Origin: Lytechinus pictus
Lineage: Eukaryota
Length of the DNA: 60,000 bases
NCBI RefSeq assembly: GCF_037042905.1
Contig: NC_087245.1
Coordinates: 16,308,001 to 16,368,000, forward strand
Reading direction: 5' to 3'
The notes beneath the pieces were generated by a model, which was given only the letters and a program-made list of their open reading frames with translations, was not told where the DNA came from and searched no databases. A program made the translations under genes and the position numbers. Shown here one piece after another: positions 12,687-26,535 of the stretch. The first letter of the stretch is position 1, and every line of letters begins with the position of its first letter.

Positions 12687-15479
12687 TTTGGTTGATATGT
12701 CAGGCGTCGACCTGTCGAAAAAAGAAGAATGTTATTAAAATTGATGCGTTTGGGTGAGCTTGGAGTGGATTAGAACCACAAGAAATATCCGGACTGTGGA
12801 CTTGGATACGGGAAGAGCAGAGAAGAGGACGGAGTGGTGAACCGAGATGGTTGGCTAGACACGGATGTTGGGATTCATCAGGCAATACCACAGACAGAAA
12901 GAGGGGAGGAGGGGAGGGAGGCTGGTAAAGATTGAAACCTAACGCGGGTTAAAGGTTATTAATACACACGCGTGTAAATGTACACGCACAATACTGACAC
13001 ACACACGCAGATCCAAGACACACTCTTATAGATGTACGGTAGTATCTTTGGTGGAATCTGAAACACGCAGGGAGAAGCAAGGAGTGTAAGAAAACATGGA
13101 AACCTCAATTCTGACCAATCATGAGTAAGGATGCATCCTTTACCACGAAGTGTCGCCCTTTGTCATTGGTTAACGAGTAGTTGCCCCCATGAAACAGTAA
13201 CCCAGCTGTGTGGGTGTTGAATGCTACCTGGAAGTTTCGAAAATGAATTGAATAAACGGTACTGTGTGTTGATAATTCCCTACCAATGGGCTTACCATAA
13301 TCAAACATTCTTGGAATAACAGTTTATCATTTCAAAAACAACAAAGTATCAATGACTCCATTTACGCCAGTACCAGGCAGTGGTAAACAACATCGAAGTA
13401 AAACAATATTTGATACCAAGATTTTGTGTAAAAATATAGTTTTAAAACAGAAATCAAATTAGAAAAAACAAAGAAACGAAAGAACTATTAGAGAATATGA
13501 TTAATAACTACAATCAAACTAAGCAGCAGATTTAAGCTACACTCCGTCCTCTACAATGACTGTCTTTTTAAGTTCTAGAACATATGGAGTAAACAGAGCG
13601 ATTGAGGAATAACGTAATTAGGAGTGAACTATCTACATTAAAGAAGTGAATATGAATAACATTGTTTAAATATTAAAACCTGTATGAAATCTTCTCGTAA
13701 TGCATAATTCATTTTATTCCAAGTTTGTAAGATAAGTACAAGTACAGATTTCAATTAGTAATACTACAAATTATTTAATTTTTTACTTCTCCCAACATGG
13801 TTTTGAATATTGCAAATCAGTTTATTCTTATTTTTTTTCTTCCTATAATAACCAGAGTTTTTAAAGTATATTTTGTTTTATTTTAAAAGCTCTATTTTGA
13901 GACATTCTATATTTTAAAATAGTATAGACATATAAATTGATGAATATATTTTTTTTCTTTCATACTCGATACTGCAGACATTATCTGAAAAAATAGGACA
14001 GATAAAATTTGCAAATGTATTTAAATGATTATTTTCATATCAAAGTTAATATATTTTGTATAAGAATCTGGAGAACTAGTTGTTAATCAGACAATAGTAG
14101 TAAGCAACTTGAGTGAATTTCCTCCATCGACTCTGTTTTATATTTCTGTTTAATGAATCTTTTCATCTTTCTGTCAATCTCGTGCTTTCCTCCATTCTTT
14201 TATTTGGATATTGTCACGTAATTCATATGGTAGAGTGATTAGCGAAGGTATTATTCCTTTGTCTATCACAGTTAGGAATATCCATCTCACTAAACTAATT
14301 AAAAGAACTCGTCACAGCGTGTAGTTTGATAATTGGTTCCCTTCTTTCATTTAGAATCTGTTTATGCTGCCAATAGTTCTTAAAGGAAATATTCGATTAC
14401 ATATTTGATGAGAATAGAGCACAAGTGATTGTAATTGTTTGTGATATTTTAAACATTTCTCTTCGTCGATTATACCGCGGTCATTGATGAAATAGGTCTG
14501 ACTAATCGATTAGATATTCAATCAAAATAATAAGCAAATACATTGCAATCCTAATGAATTATAAATTTGTATTTTTGGTCCAACCATTGATGGAAATTAG
14601 AGAACCTCTTTTCGCCAATTAAAATATCTAATTATTATCTTATCCTAATTTGTTTTTGTTACTGCACGGTACACCCTCTCTTTTATGGTTCCATTACTCA
14701 CATGAATGCTAAACCAATTATTTCCCTTTTTATGTAGATATTATAACTCTGTTTGGTCTCTTGATTTTGTGTGCGGTGTATTTTGTGTTGTGTGTGTGCG
14801 CGCGCGCGGGCGTGTGTGTGTGTGTGTTGTATGTAGGGGTACGCGCATTTGTGTTTCCTATTCCACTATTTCCATCGGCACTGTTACTCATTCCCATTCC
14901 AATAGTTTGCTATCCTTTGCTAGTTATTGAATAATTGACTTATATTAAAAAGTATGTTGATAATTCTTAAAATCGTTAAAAATTGACAAAATGAACTAAG
15001 CACGATTGGAACGACTGAAAGACATACAATTTTATTTTCCCTGCTGGACAGTTTATGAGGCCCAACCGGAGTATATTTTGATGCGATTACAGACGTTAGA
15101 TTGTTTTCACATATTTTCATTTATAAACCTTCTTCGGATTAATGGGCTTGGCTAGTTATACGTAGGTACGTTATCTACTCATTATCTTTTACGTATATAT
15201 ACAAATGAGAATTAAATGCTTGACTATAATCTCTTTAAGTCACTATCTCGCGTCTGTATACAAAAGCGACACACGCTACTCCGATCGGTTCATAAATATT
15301 TGGTCACGTGACTTATATCAAACCATAAGCTCTATTCCTCCTTTCGTTCTCACATCCTTTTTCATATATCTAATTTTTACGAAAAGTAATGATAATGCAA
15401 CTATGGAAGAAGTCGTAATTGTTGCAGAAGTAGAATAGTGGTGGTAGTAGAGCTATAGTAGAAGTATATGTTAGAAGAA

Positions 15480-15522
15480 TTAGTAATAGAATGAGTAGTA
15501 GTAGTAGAAGTAGTAGTAGTAT

Positions 15523-15557
<35 letters not shown>

Positions 15558-15586
15558 TAGTAGTAGTAGTAGTAGCAGCAGCAGCA
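15480..15586. repeat. (TAG)n/(CAG)n microsatellite
   Basis: Seen directly in the sequence. Confidence 0.9.
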
Positions 15587-16417
15587 GTGGCGTAACTACG
15601 GGGGGCACTTGCCCCCCCCCCCGCCCCCCTCAAAAAAAATTCGGCAGAGAAATAGGGAAAGAAAGAGAAGCATATTGGGAAAGGAATTATTTATTTCACA
15701 CTTTTATGAAACATGATTTGCTTAGGGCCAATGTGCTCACTCCTCCCAGTGCACGCATTGAAACAGAATACCTGTTCAAGGGTCATTAAATGGCGTTTAT
15801 AACATTACGTTTTCAAGTCAATATATCAAATATTTCCCCTGGCGCCTCGAGCTTTCATCATTTTAGTTTATAATATATGCATTTGTTTTCAATGTTAAAT
15901 GTCGATTTTTAAAGTCTGGACATCAATATTTTTTAGTTTTCGCTTCTCATTCGAATTACTTTATTAGTACGTATGTTCTTCATTATTTCCTACAAACAGT
16001 CCTTGAAATTACTCTCCTTTAAGTTCTGAATATATAAGATTTCAAGATCGTGATTCGCACTCGCAATATTTGGTTATTCGGTTATGTCTCCTGGTTGCCT
16101 TTTTTTCTGCTTTTAATTTTCAATCTGAAAGAAATTACGTTCGCGCTTCGCGCCCGAATTGTTTATTTGGCAAGATATGTGGCATCATTAGAAATATCTA
16201 GTACTATGACTAAACTATTTCTTGTTTGAATATCAAAACCATTTCAGCTCGTGCTTTTTGCTCGCATTATTTGATTATTGAGAACCATATCCTCTTCATG
16301 AATTCCTATAAAAGGTCAATCCTTAAATTGTCATCTTTTTAGGTCAGTGTACCTGCTCTTTGACTCACAAATTTTGTCCTAATGCCATGAACCACTGTGA
16401 ACCACGGTAGGCCACTG
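15585..16417. mobile_element. Degenerate non-autonomous DNA transposon with CAGTGGCGTA ends (hAT-like)
   Basis: CAGTGGCGTA / TAGGCCACTG termini, G/C runs, repeated degenerate TCGCGCTTCGCGC motifs inside. Confidence 0.5.
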
Positions 16418-16633
16418 GGAGCGGCAACTAAACATACATGTTTAACAATGACAGCAATACAACATAATTTAGAAATATTAGTAATATTTCGTTCAGGATT
16501 GCATGGTTTCCATTATTTTCCATCCTTAAATCATAACGAGTGAAACACATTGATCAAAATCAATCGAAATTTTCTGGGTGTCTATTTAATGAAATAAAAT
16601 CTCATTGGTAGTACTGAGAGTTTTTTGGGGAAA

Positions 16634-16742
16634 ATACTACTACTACTACTACTACTACTACTAATACTACTACTACTACTAATACTACTACTACCACTAC
16701 TACTACCACTACTACTACCACTACTACTACCACTACTACTAA

Positions 16743-16811
<69 letters not shown>

Positions 16812-17015
16812 CACTACTACCACTGTTACTACCACCACTACTACTACTGCTGCTACTACTACTACTACTACTACTAATACTACTACTACCACTACTACTA
16901 CTACCACTACTACTACTACCACCACTACTACCACTACTACTACTACTACTAATACTACTACTACTACCACTACTACTACCACTACTACTACCACTACTAC
17001 TACCACTACTACTAA

Positions 17016-17084
<69 letters not shown>

Positions 17085-17205
17085 CACTACTACCACTGTT
17101 ACTACCACCACAACTACTACTGCTGCTACTACTACTACTACTACTAATACTACTACTACCACTACTACCACTACTATCGCTACTACCACCACTACTACCA
17201 CTACT

Positions 17206-17250
<45 letters not shown>

Positions 17251-17296
17251 GCTGCTGCTACTACTACTTCTTCTTCTTCTTCTACTCCTACTACTA
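16634..17296. repeat. (CTA/CCA)n compound microsatellite
   Basis: About 660 bp of trinucleotide repeat. Confidence 0.97.
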
Positions 17297-20200
17297 CGTC
17301 TTGCTTTTCATGCCTTATCGAAGTTGCAAAATTATGGAGTTCTCATTCCACGACGTACGACGGATTCAAGAACATAGAAAATGTATTGTCAAATTAAGAA
17401 GTCTTTGTCGAAAGTTGGTGTATGAAATTAACAGTTTCATCCTGGACTTGGGGGAAAACAATTTTGCAAGTTTTCGTCTGCTCTGAAATTTAGGACGAAA
17501 CTGCTGTTCCGGTTAACTAGTTTTCGACAAAGGCCTCCCAGCTGTTCATTGTCATTTGACGGAAATTTTCATTACATGTATTATGTACCGTGTGTTTTAA
17601 ATTTCCCTAGTGGCAACATCTACATCACTGAATGATCCGTATACCTCGTTGCTGTTGGCAAAAACACGTTGCCCTTTGTCTTTACCAAAATTAATCTATT
17701 GATTTTATTTACAATATTAATTGACATGCTCATACACACTTTTCCGTACACTCACACACAATCGCGCGCACACACACTCTAACACCTTTGCCGACAAGAC
17801 ATTAGTCCGTTACACGTAGATTTACCTTAACTTGCGAATCTCAAACAGTGATTTTGATTAATTAATAGTGGGCTGTGGGTGTGTTGAACCAAATGCTCCA
17901 ATATCTGCAGATTTGATTGACCATTGCACGTTTGCAAACTCACGCCTTTCGTATGGAACCCTTTGGCCGTGTTGCTTAAATTCGCTGTCTTTGACACAAA
18001 TCCATTGAAAACTGTTGTCTGGTTGGCCCAGAAGCATTATTGTGACAGTGCTTATACAAGCTCCATGTTCATAAAACGGTGCTCAAAACGAGGAAATAAT
18101 GACGCGTGTTCAGATAAGCAACACGCAAAATAATAATCTTCTCAAGAAGATAAAAAAAAGTCAAAGAAGAAAACGGCATTGTATGCTGTTTCGACTCTCT
18201 TATACATAGAACACTAATGGATTCATAGTATTCTAATGTCTGACATCATTATAATTCATTATCATGATTTTTTATAACTATCATTATTAATATCACATCA
18301 TTATTATTGTTAGCATTATCATTATAAATATAATGATTATGATTAAAGTAACCATATATTAACTAATAGGTTCTGTTGTCAATACCATTACATTTTCTTT
18401 AAAATATTTGGATAAATAATAACCCGTTTTCATCCTACAATATTCCGAAAGGCCCACAACATAAGTTGATGAGAATCCCGGCGTGTTCTTTGCAAAATAT
18501 GTTTGCGTGGAACGCATATACTTGCTTTGATGAGAATTCTTCAGATGTTACCAATTATATCAGACGAATCCCTGCCCACCTCGTAGATTCCAGAGGGAAA
18601 TAAGCTTGTTTTTTATCCCATCATTTTTTTAACAGACTTTGTTTAAAAAAAATAAAACCTCTTCAGAAGACATGGTAACACTGTCCATTATCCACAGTTT
18701 TCATCTGTTATCTAAATTTGTCGTTTGTCTTTTTAATTAAAATTGTTCATTATCTTTATTTTTTTCTATTCTCCATGGCTAACTTCTGTGTACAAATGTC
18801 ATTGAGCCGTTGGGTTACGCATGATTTAAAGAATTCATTTAAAATCAATTATCACTTCTCAAACGCCAAAATAACAGTATAACGTCCCTTTTTATAAAGT
18901 GTGCTTACGACATGTTTGAACGCGGGAAGATACATTTAGCTGAGGATTATCAAATTACATTTTCGATAAACTTAAAGGAATTTACTATTCAAAACAAAAA
19001 ATAGAAATACAAATATTTTATCATTTCAAATAATTGAACTCACTGAACGGTAAAAAGGTCGGATAGATTATTATTACACCAAATATATAATTTCTCACAC
19101 TTCACAAATCCCCGCCAATTACGCTTATGACTTATGAAATAATACTTTTCGCCTTTATGTGCTCACTTATGCCCAATTTAACTAAACATTATACATTTTT
19201 TCGCAGAATTTATCCATAACTTAGGCGTAGCAACGCCCCTCATAAAATATTTCGTTACAATTCGTTTCGTTAAAAACTCACGGTATTTTGAAAGAGGGTG
19301 TTACTCTTTGGTGCGTTTAGAAATAGAAATAAGAAACGAAATACTGTTTCAGTTACAGGAACATTTACCCAAATATTTCATAACTTTAATTGCGATTATC
19401 CTTTTTTCAAATATGCCCATACAAATCCATTTATGAAACTCTTACATCCAAATTCATCACAGAAATCACTCAATTTAAATGAATTAGACACCTAACTTTC
19501 TACCAAACTTTTTTTCTGATATTAGCAAACGATCATTCCACATTCGGCACAACTTTGCTCACAATAATCAAATAGTAATATGAGAAGGTTCGCTTTCTTA
19601 CTAGGTTTACAAAATAATGAACGTGATATCTCAGTTGTATCGTTACTAGTACCGAAAATGTATCTTATACTAATATTATATTGTAGGATTCGATTTTATA
19701 CTCTTTAAATAATGACATTTGAGCAAATAAACATGTATGCTCCATCTCTCTCTTTTTTCCTTCTTTTTTTTTTTTTTTTTTTTGGGGGGGGAGGATAAAC
19801 ATTTAGGTGAAGACCAGTTGAACTTGCTAATACATCTTTTACATCCAATCAATGCACAGATATTTTGTTTACTCCACGTTACTCAATTTAAAAAAGCCAA
19901 GACCATATTCTTTCATAAGATATTTTGATTATTATTTTTTCCATTCAGTATTATTTTTTTACCCCTTTAGTCAAATTCCATTAACTCGATGAAAGACGGA
20001 ATATAATGCATCTTTTGCCTGAAAATCAGTGTAGATAATGAAATGAATAGTAAAAGATATATTTTCAATTATGTTATTGGTAATGTTAATATCAATTAGA
20101 GTTTACACCTCTTTATTGTTGTTCCTCGGAAGGCAAAACTACTAAGCATGCAGTAAACTTTTAATAATAATAAAAAAACTTATACGGTAAATCATCATGG

Positions 20201-22086
20201 TAGCGCAAGTATTACCAATTCAAGCAAAATTAATGATATTAAGTTAGAGAGCAAAAGGAACATGTTATCATTTTATTATCTTTATTCTTGTAGATCAATG
20301 CTGGAATTTCGTGAAAGGAAATAAAATTATGATTTGCAATATTAAACCTAAATCATTGCGTTTCCATAAGGGATTTTTGTTCATTACATCCTGGCCCAAG
20401 TCCCTAGAAACCTAAACTTTGAGGATTTCAGTAGCATAACTTGGGTACAGTTGGGGGAGGGGGCCATGGATCCCCGAACTTTCCATGCACAAGAAAATAA
20501 AAGGAGAAAGTGAAAGAAAAAAAAAAGGAAAGTGGGTAAAGTATATTTTTCTGCATACATTATCGAAATCTATCACAAAATTATGTATTTTTTTTATTTG
20601 AAAAAAGTAAAGAACTTTGATTGTTCGTTTCGCTCGCAGATTTATAAATTGTGTATTTGCATTTATTTAGACAAGTAAAACCTGCAAAGTAAAACATGTC
20701 AAGGGATACAAAAAAGGGCTTGAAACCCCCATACAAGTTTAAATCCCAATAAAATATGATTACCACAAAGTAACATCAAGAAATATTCCCCCTTACGCTA
20801 TGTCTGAAAAGCATTGGGGTATTTCATGACTGCAATGAACAGTATTGAAGTACGACACTGTGCTTCTACTTGCCGCCACGGCGTCCTGGTATTTTGTATA
20901 CATTCCCAGCCGAGTCATGTATTCTCTCCACCGGGCCCCAGCCCATGCCCCTTCATTCAACGACCGTGGTATTAGGTGCTATTCCGGTGGTGATGGATGG
21001 CAAAGCCTCGCCCTCCATTTGACCTTATTATTTGCACTTTCGCTAACAATACTTTAACACTGCTGTCTACCTCGTTTGCCTTCAAAACGATTAATACCGA
21101 TTTAATGGTATCATTCAATGGAGAAGTGACATTTATACTTGTAGTAGGCTATCCAGTTACAAGCATAATCACTTTCTCACAAGATGCTCATAATAAACTG
21201 ATTATTTAATCTAATTGCCATGCGCGCCAGCATGCACTTTCTTAGTTGGTCTTAGTAAGTTTCCTTAGGGCAATTTAGTTAGTTTGTTAGTTTCCATTCA
21301 ATTCAAAATAACATGCAACGTAACAACGAAACAAGCAAAGCAATTACATGTAGACACAATATGGCATATTAGCTGCATTCGAATGTGCATATTTAGTGTA
21401 GGATTACATTCAAAATGAATGAATGTATTTCGTGATTTCTTGATTTACCCTTAAATAAATTATTTTATACGCAACAAGGTGTTCCATAGCAGTAAATAAA
21501 GGTTTACTACGGCTGACCAGCTTTGGCCTTATATGCATGGAAGTGCAAAATCATTTTTATGATTATTATTGTCAAGTTTTTAGTATGATTAATGCATATT
21601 TACTAAGAAATGAATGTATAAAAGTACAATCTTCTAATTTAGGACTTACCAATTTCAATCTTATCAGTTGTAAAAATATTCGTCTTTATCACTGAGTTTT
21701 GAGCATTGAAAGGCTGGTCACTTATCTGTTAGATATATTCTTGACAGATACCATTGATTATTTAATTATATGCATTTAAATTTTTTCATCGCTGTTATTG
21801 ATTGTATATATTTTTATCATAACCATTTCATGTATTGTGGTACCCACGTTTTGTTCCTGCTCTTTAATAAAAATTCGTCAGTTTATTCAGAATATCACCG
21901 TGCCGGCAATTGTTCTAGAAAGTTTCTTTCAGATTTATATGGTACGAGCGTGTTTTATAAAGACAGCCCATGCATAACACGGTCACGATTTGGGGAAACT
22001 CAATTACTTCTTCCCAACACTCTTCATGTTAGTCAAGAAGTGAAATTAACGTCCGATGGACACCTTTAACCATAAACCTCCTCGAG

Positions 22087-22410
22087 ATGAAGCACCATAG
22101 CCATGGGTTCAAACTTCTGAGAAGATCCCTGAGGAAGATGGGCTCCAGGGCGCCCATCGCGCATCCAGGGGTCCGGTATAGAACGAGCGGTGGAGCCAAA
22201 TCACCTCCTTATATGTCTAACGGGGCGCCTCCGGTGATGGGAGAAACGTCGCCATATATAGATAGACCGGTGCTATCCGACCCGCTTCCACCTCACTGGG
22301 TCCAGCACCGACTGTACACAGTTCGAGAAGCTTACCCGGTTCAACCGTGGATGATGCCCACCACTGTCCAGTCTCGCAAGCCCCGATGTTTCGTAAGCAA
22401 GCATCATTGA
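22087..22410 (+). CDS. Possible 107-aa Pro-rich small ORF in a GC-rich island
   Basis: The ORF coincides almost exactly with a GC-rich patch; no domain recognised. Confidence 0.25.
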   Translation: MKHHSHGFKLLRRSLRKMGSRAPIAHPGVRYRTSGGAKSPPYMSNGAPPVMGETSPYIDRPVLSDPLPPHWVQHRLYTVREAYPVQPWMMPTTVQSRKPRCFVSKHH

Positions 22411-22962
22411 GCTGCTAACACTCGAGGGCCCTGGATGAACATTATGAATTTTAGATGAGGGGTGTCACCCCTAGCTAGTGAAAGGGCCATGAGAAACTCC
22501 ATGCATTACTCATGTTAATCACATGAATGTCACTTGTATTACTTCACTATACATGTAGCGTCATCTGTATTTTGCCACCACCATGACCACGCCCATTTGT
22601 ATCCACTTACCAAAACTTCCTGTTTTCTCTCATTACATCTTTGCCATTTCCCTCTTATTTCAGACATTCATTAAAAAAAAAACAGTCCTTATTTTTTTCC
22701 CCGACGAATCTTCAAACAGTCGGTCCTTCACTTATACAGTATAATACAAGCATCCTTAATCTTGACGAAAAAGACACCAAAGTTGGGTCAATATTAATCC
22801 CCAAATTTTCAACCTTCATCCCGTCCGCATAAGCATAACACTTTTCTATATACACAACCCTTTGCCTTATATAAAAGCGGATTATTATTATTATTATTAT
22901 TTCTCCAGGGACGGTATCCATGTGTATTGTTTCGGGGTGAGATGATCTTCGGTCTATATATA

Positions 22963-23231
22963 CACGTGGGTCGTGTGGTTTAGTGGTTAGAGCATTGGAC
23001 TCATAATCGCAAGGTTGTGAGTTCGAATCCCAACTCTGCCATTGTCTCCACTTTGATAAAAAGGCCCGAGAGTGATATCTGTCGTCTATAACGTCAGCCA
23101 CTATGACTGATTAACCTAGACGTAAAATGTTTCATAGGTAATTGGTTATATACCAGCTTGGCGTTTACCAGCAAAATGCTGTCCTGCCGAGTTCCTACGG
23201 GAGTTATCACAAACAGAAACAGAAACAGAAA
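22963..23231 (+). mobile_element. tRNA-derived SINE, apparently full length
   Basis: A box TGGTTTAGTGG (22976), B box GTTCGAATCC (23021), tRNA-like head, unrelated body, (CAGAAA)n tail, TATATA on both flanks. Confidence 0.8.
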
Positions 23232-24902
23232 TATATAAGACAAAAGAAATAGGGACATGGACATCACATCATCACCTTTCCCATACTCTTTTTTCTTAAT
23301 GTTTTCATATTTAAACCGTAGAGCATAGACCAGCCCTTGCCCTTTAGCACCGATTTCCTCTTACACAATTATTTACTTTGGCAAAATTAGTTCCTGATTT
23401 GTCTCTTTATTCGTCTACCATAAATAGATAAAACAGTACCCAAAGCATCACTTCATTTTCGTCGAGTTTACTTTGCTGTCGTGTCCCTAGTCCCTCTTAT
23501 TTTAAGAGAAGCATACCTTATTACAGTCTGTTAGTCTTTTCATAAAACAAAGCCCCCTCCCTTCACCTCTCCTGCATGTCATATGGTAATTATGAATAAA
23601 GAAAAGGTGATATTAATTGCCACCGACATCTAACAACATTCCATCCTGTTCTGAAAGCTATATCCTATCATCGAAGTCACTGACCTTTCTACCACAAGCC
23701 GCATATATAGAGTATGGACGAGAGCGGTATGACGGAGTATGGGATAAGAATTACCTCCAAACGGCGAATAGAATCCTTAACTTCTAAATATGGAATGACA
23801 CATGGGCTTGTTTGATAAGATCGGAGCTGAAAGGAGACGCCAAGAAGTCTCTGGCTCAAGTTCGCCTTTATTTTTTGTTGAGTGTTTTCTTTCTTCTTTT
23901 GGGGGCAACGAATTTCTTAATCAAGGTATGTCGTGTCGTTTGAAGAGATTATAAGTTTCATGATCCGTCAATTTCCATTTCAATATAATTTCCCCTTTAT
24001 TTCTATCTGTATACACATTCATCACACATGACCACCCTAACCCACGCACACGCGTTCATTGATAATTAGCGGGTTCATTCGCTTCTTCCATCTATCCCCT
24101 CTTTCTACATTGTGTCCCTCATTGTATTTTTTCTCTCGACAACACACTTTTGTTTCTCCAACACACAATGCCAAAATACTCAAAATACTTTGTTTCTCGT
24201 TTTATCACGTCCAAAGAAAAAATATGTCTGTTAAATTATTATTTTTTTTACTATCGCAGGTTTGATTTCAAAATCAAGCAATTTTATTGCCTTTTTTTTT
24301 AGAGCAAATGTTAAAAAGAGAATGTGCGAAATAAAATCCTTCTGTTTTTAATCTATGGACTCTACCGAATCAAGGTTTTCTTTTACATATAATGTTTTAT
24401 TGCGAAATGGGCGGTTCGTTCAAATATTTGACTAATTATGTCCATCAACATCAATACCACGATATTATCTTAGGCTCTGATGCCTTTGGATTGAACCCCA
24501 TACCTCGTATTTTCTTGATCCAAGACATCTCTAAAATAGTATTAAGCTGTTGGGAATATCATCAAATGAAATTTAATGGGTCACAAGCCTCTCCCTAAAA
24601 CGGATATCACTTCCATTTTCCGTCGGTAGGGGGCTCCCAATCATTTCATCGACGGTGAGCTAATGAGTGGAGCACGATCAGGCCTTATCTACACTACATG
24701 AAACCAGGGAGTACCCGGGGAGTACTTTCAAAGTCCTTGATGAAACCAATGAATTTGGTAAAGTTTGTGTGAGCCGATTAAGTGGTGCAATAGGGGAAGG
24801 AATCGTGGGACATATTTTATTCTGTAACTTCAATAAAGTCATACCCTTCTTAAAGAAGCATCCCTTCTACCTGCAAATAAACAAGTTCCAAAGAGGGAGA
24901 AA

Positions 24903-25421
24903 ATATGCAACTATCTCCTCAAATCCTGATAACTGGTGGCTATAAATCCATTATTAAATGCAGTTTTTAAAAATCTCTTGCTTGTGAAGATATGCAACTA
25001 TCTCCTCAAATCCTGATAACTGGCGGTTATAAATCCATTATTAAATGCAGTTTTTTAAAATCTCTTGCTCGTGAAGATATGCAACTATCTCCTCAAATCC
25101 TGATAACTGGTGGCTATAAATCCATTATTAAATGCAGTTTTTAAAAATCTCTTGCTTGTGAAGATATGCAACTATCTCCTCAAATCCTGATAACTGGTGG
25201 CTATAAATCCATTATTAAATGCAGTTTTTAAAAATATCTTGCTTGTGAAGATATGCAACTATCTCCTCAAATCCTGATAACTGGTGGCTATAAATCCATT
25301 ATTAAATGCAGTTTTTAAAAATATCTTGCTTGTGAAGATATGCAACTATCTCCTCAAATCCTGATAACTGGCGGTTATAAATCCATAATCAAATTCAGTT
25401 TTTAAAAATCTCTAGCTTGTG
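24903..25421. repeat. 87-bp minisatellite, 6 near-identical copies
   Basis: ATATGCAACTATCTCCTCAAATCC... recurs at 24903, 24990, 25077, 25164, 25251, 25338. Confidence 0.97.
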
Positions 25422-26535
25422 CGTCCTTATTTGCTTTTATCAAAATTATCATATGTCTCTAACGACACTCCATATAAGAAAAATCCACCTAAGAAAACAT
25501 CCTTTGTTAGAGCATATGAATTGGAAAATTATTTTTTTTAATGTAAAAGACGTAAGACAATGAATATATCATAATTTCTGTTTAAAAATAAGATCACCAA
25601 CAATATTAAAAAATCTTTATTTCAGGGCAATAAACCAACTATAACATAGATAGATATTGCGTTATATGTTCATATAGAGTAAATCTTGAGAAAAAAATTA
25701 TTGGAGGTAACAATGATGTCTCTATATACCCCGCATCACAATTATATGAAATTCCCATATAAAATTGATCACACATTTTCACGATGCATAACTTTCTTAT
25801 TTTTTTATTAATATTATTCAAACTTTCATGAGTCTGCTTCTCTATTTTTCTTCTTTTTTGTAGAACAAAATCAATTTGATTCGGATTCCGTTCGAAATGG
25901 TCAATGATAATATGGCTCATTAATATGAAAGTAAACAAAATAATGAAATCATATATTACTACCCAACTTCGTTATTTGGCCACATATAGATGCTTTCATA
26001 CCGTCGTTTAGGTCGCCACGCGAAACAAGGGTCTCGAGAATTATCCTGCAAATTGATAGTGGCACGTAAAAAGCATACTATATACTACAAGAGTAAATGC
26101 AACGGGCTTGTTCAGGTCTCGACGACGAGCCCTTTTTAAATAAAAAACGGGTTGTTTTGACTGTGATGAATATGACTATTGGAGTTAGAAATGATTAAAC
26201 TTTTGCCTATTGCCAGTACATACAGTACTTTGGGGAGATTTACTGACTATCTTGACTATCTTGACAGTTTTTGAACTGCCTGAACAGTCTTAAACTACCT
26301 CTGCAGCATATCGAGTTGAAACACTTATATAAAATGGACTTATAGCCAATGGTACATGTATATCCCTATACATAGTAATAGAAAATTAAATGAAAATCTG
26401 AAAAGAGGTGAACTTTAAAAAATCTTCACGAATATCTGTATGAAATATTGCACTTTTAAAACACACAGGACACGTTTCCAATTCCAAGGAATTTAGGAAT
26501 AGTGCACTAACAAACAAGGCAGACTGGTTCGTCTT

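Noticed and set aside
16602..17377. 203-aa poly-Val and 250-aa poly-Leu ORFs
   Set aside because: Translations of the (CTA)n microsatellite
22968..23042. Possible tRNA-Met(CAT) gene
   Set aside because: Acceptor and anticodon stems pair poorly, there is no immediate T-run, and it continues into a SINE body and tail; the 129-aa minus-strand ORF here is antisense to the SINE
24903..25421. CRISPR-like array
   Set aside because: Contiguous 87-bp units with no unique spacers, no cas genes, eukaryotic context
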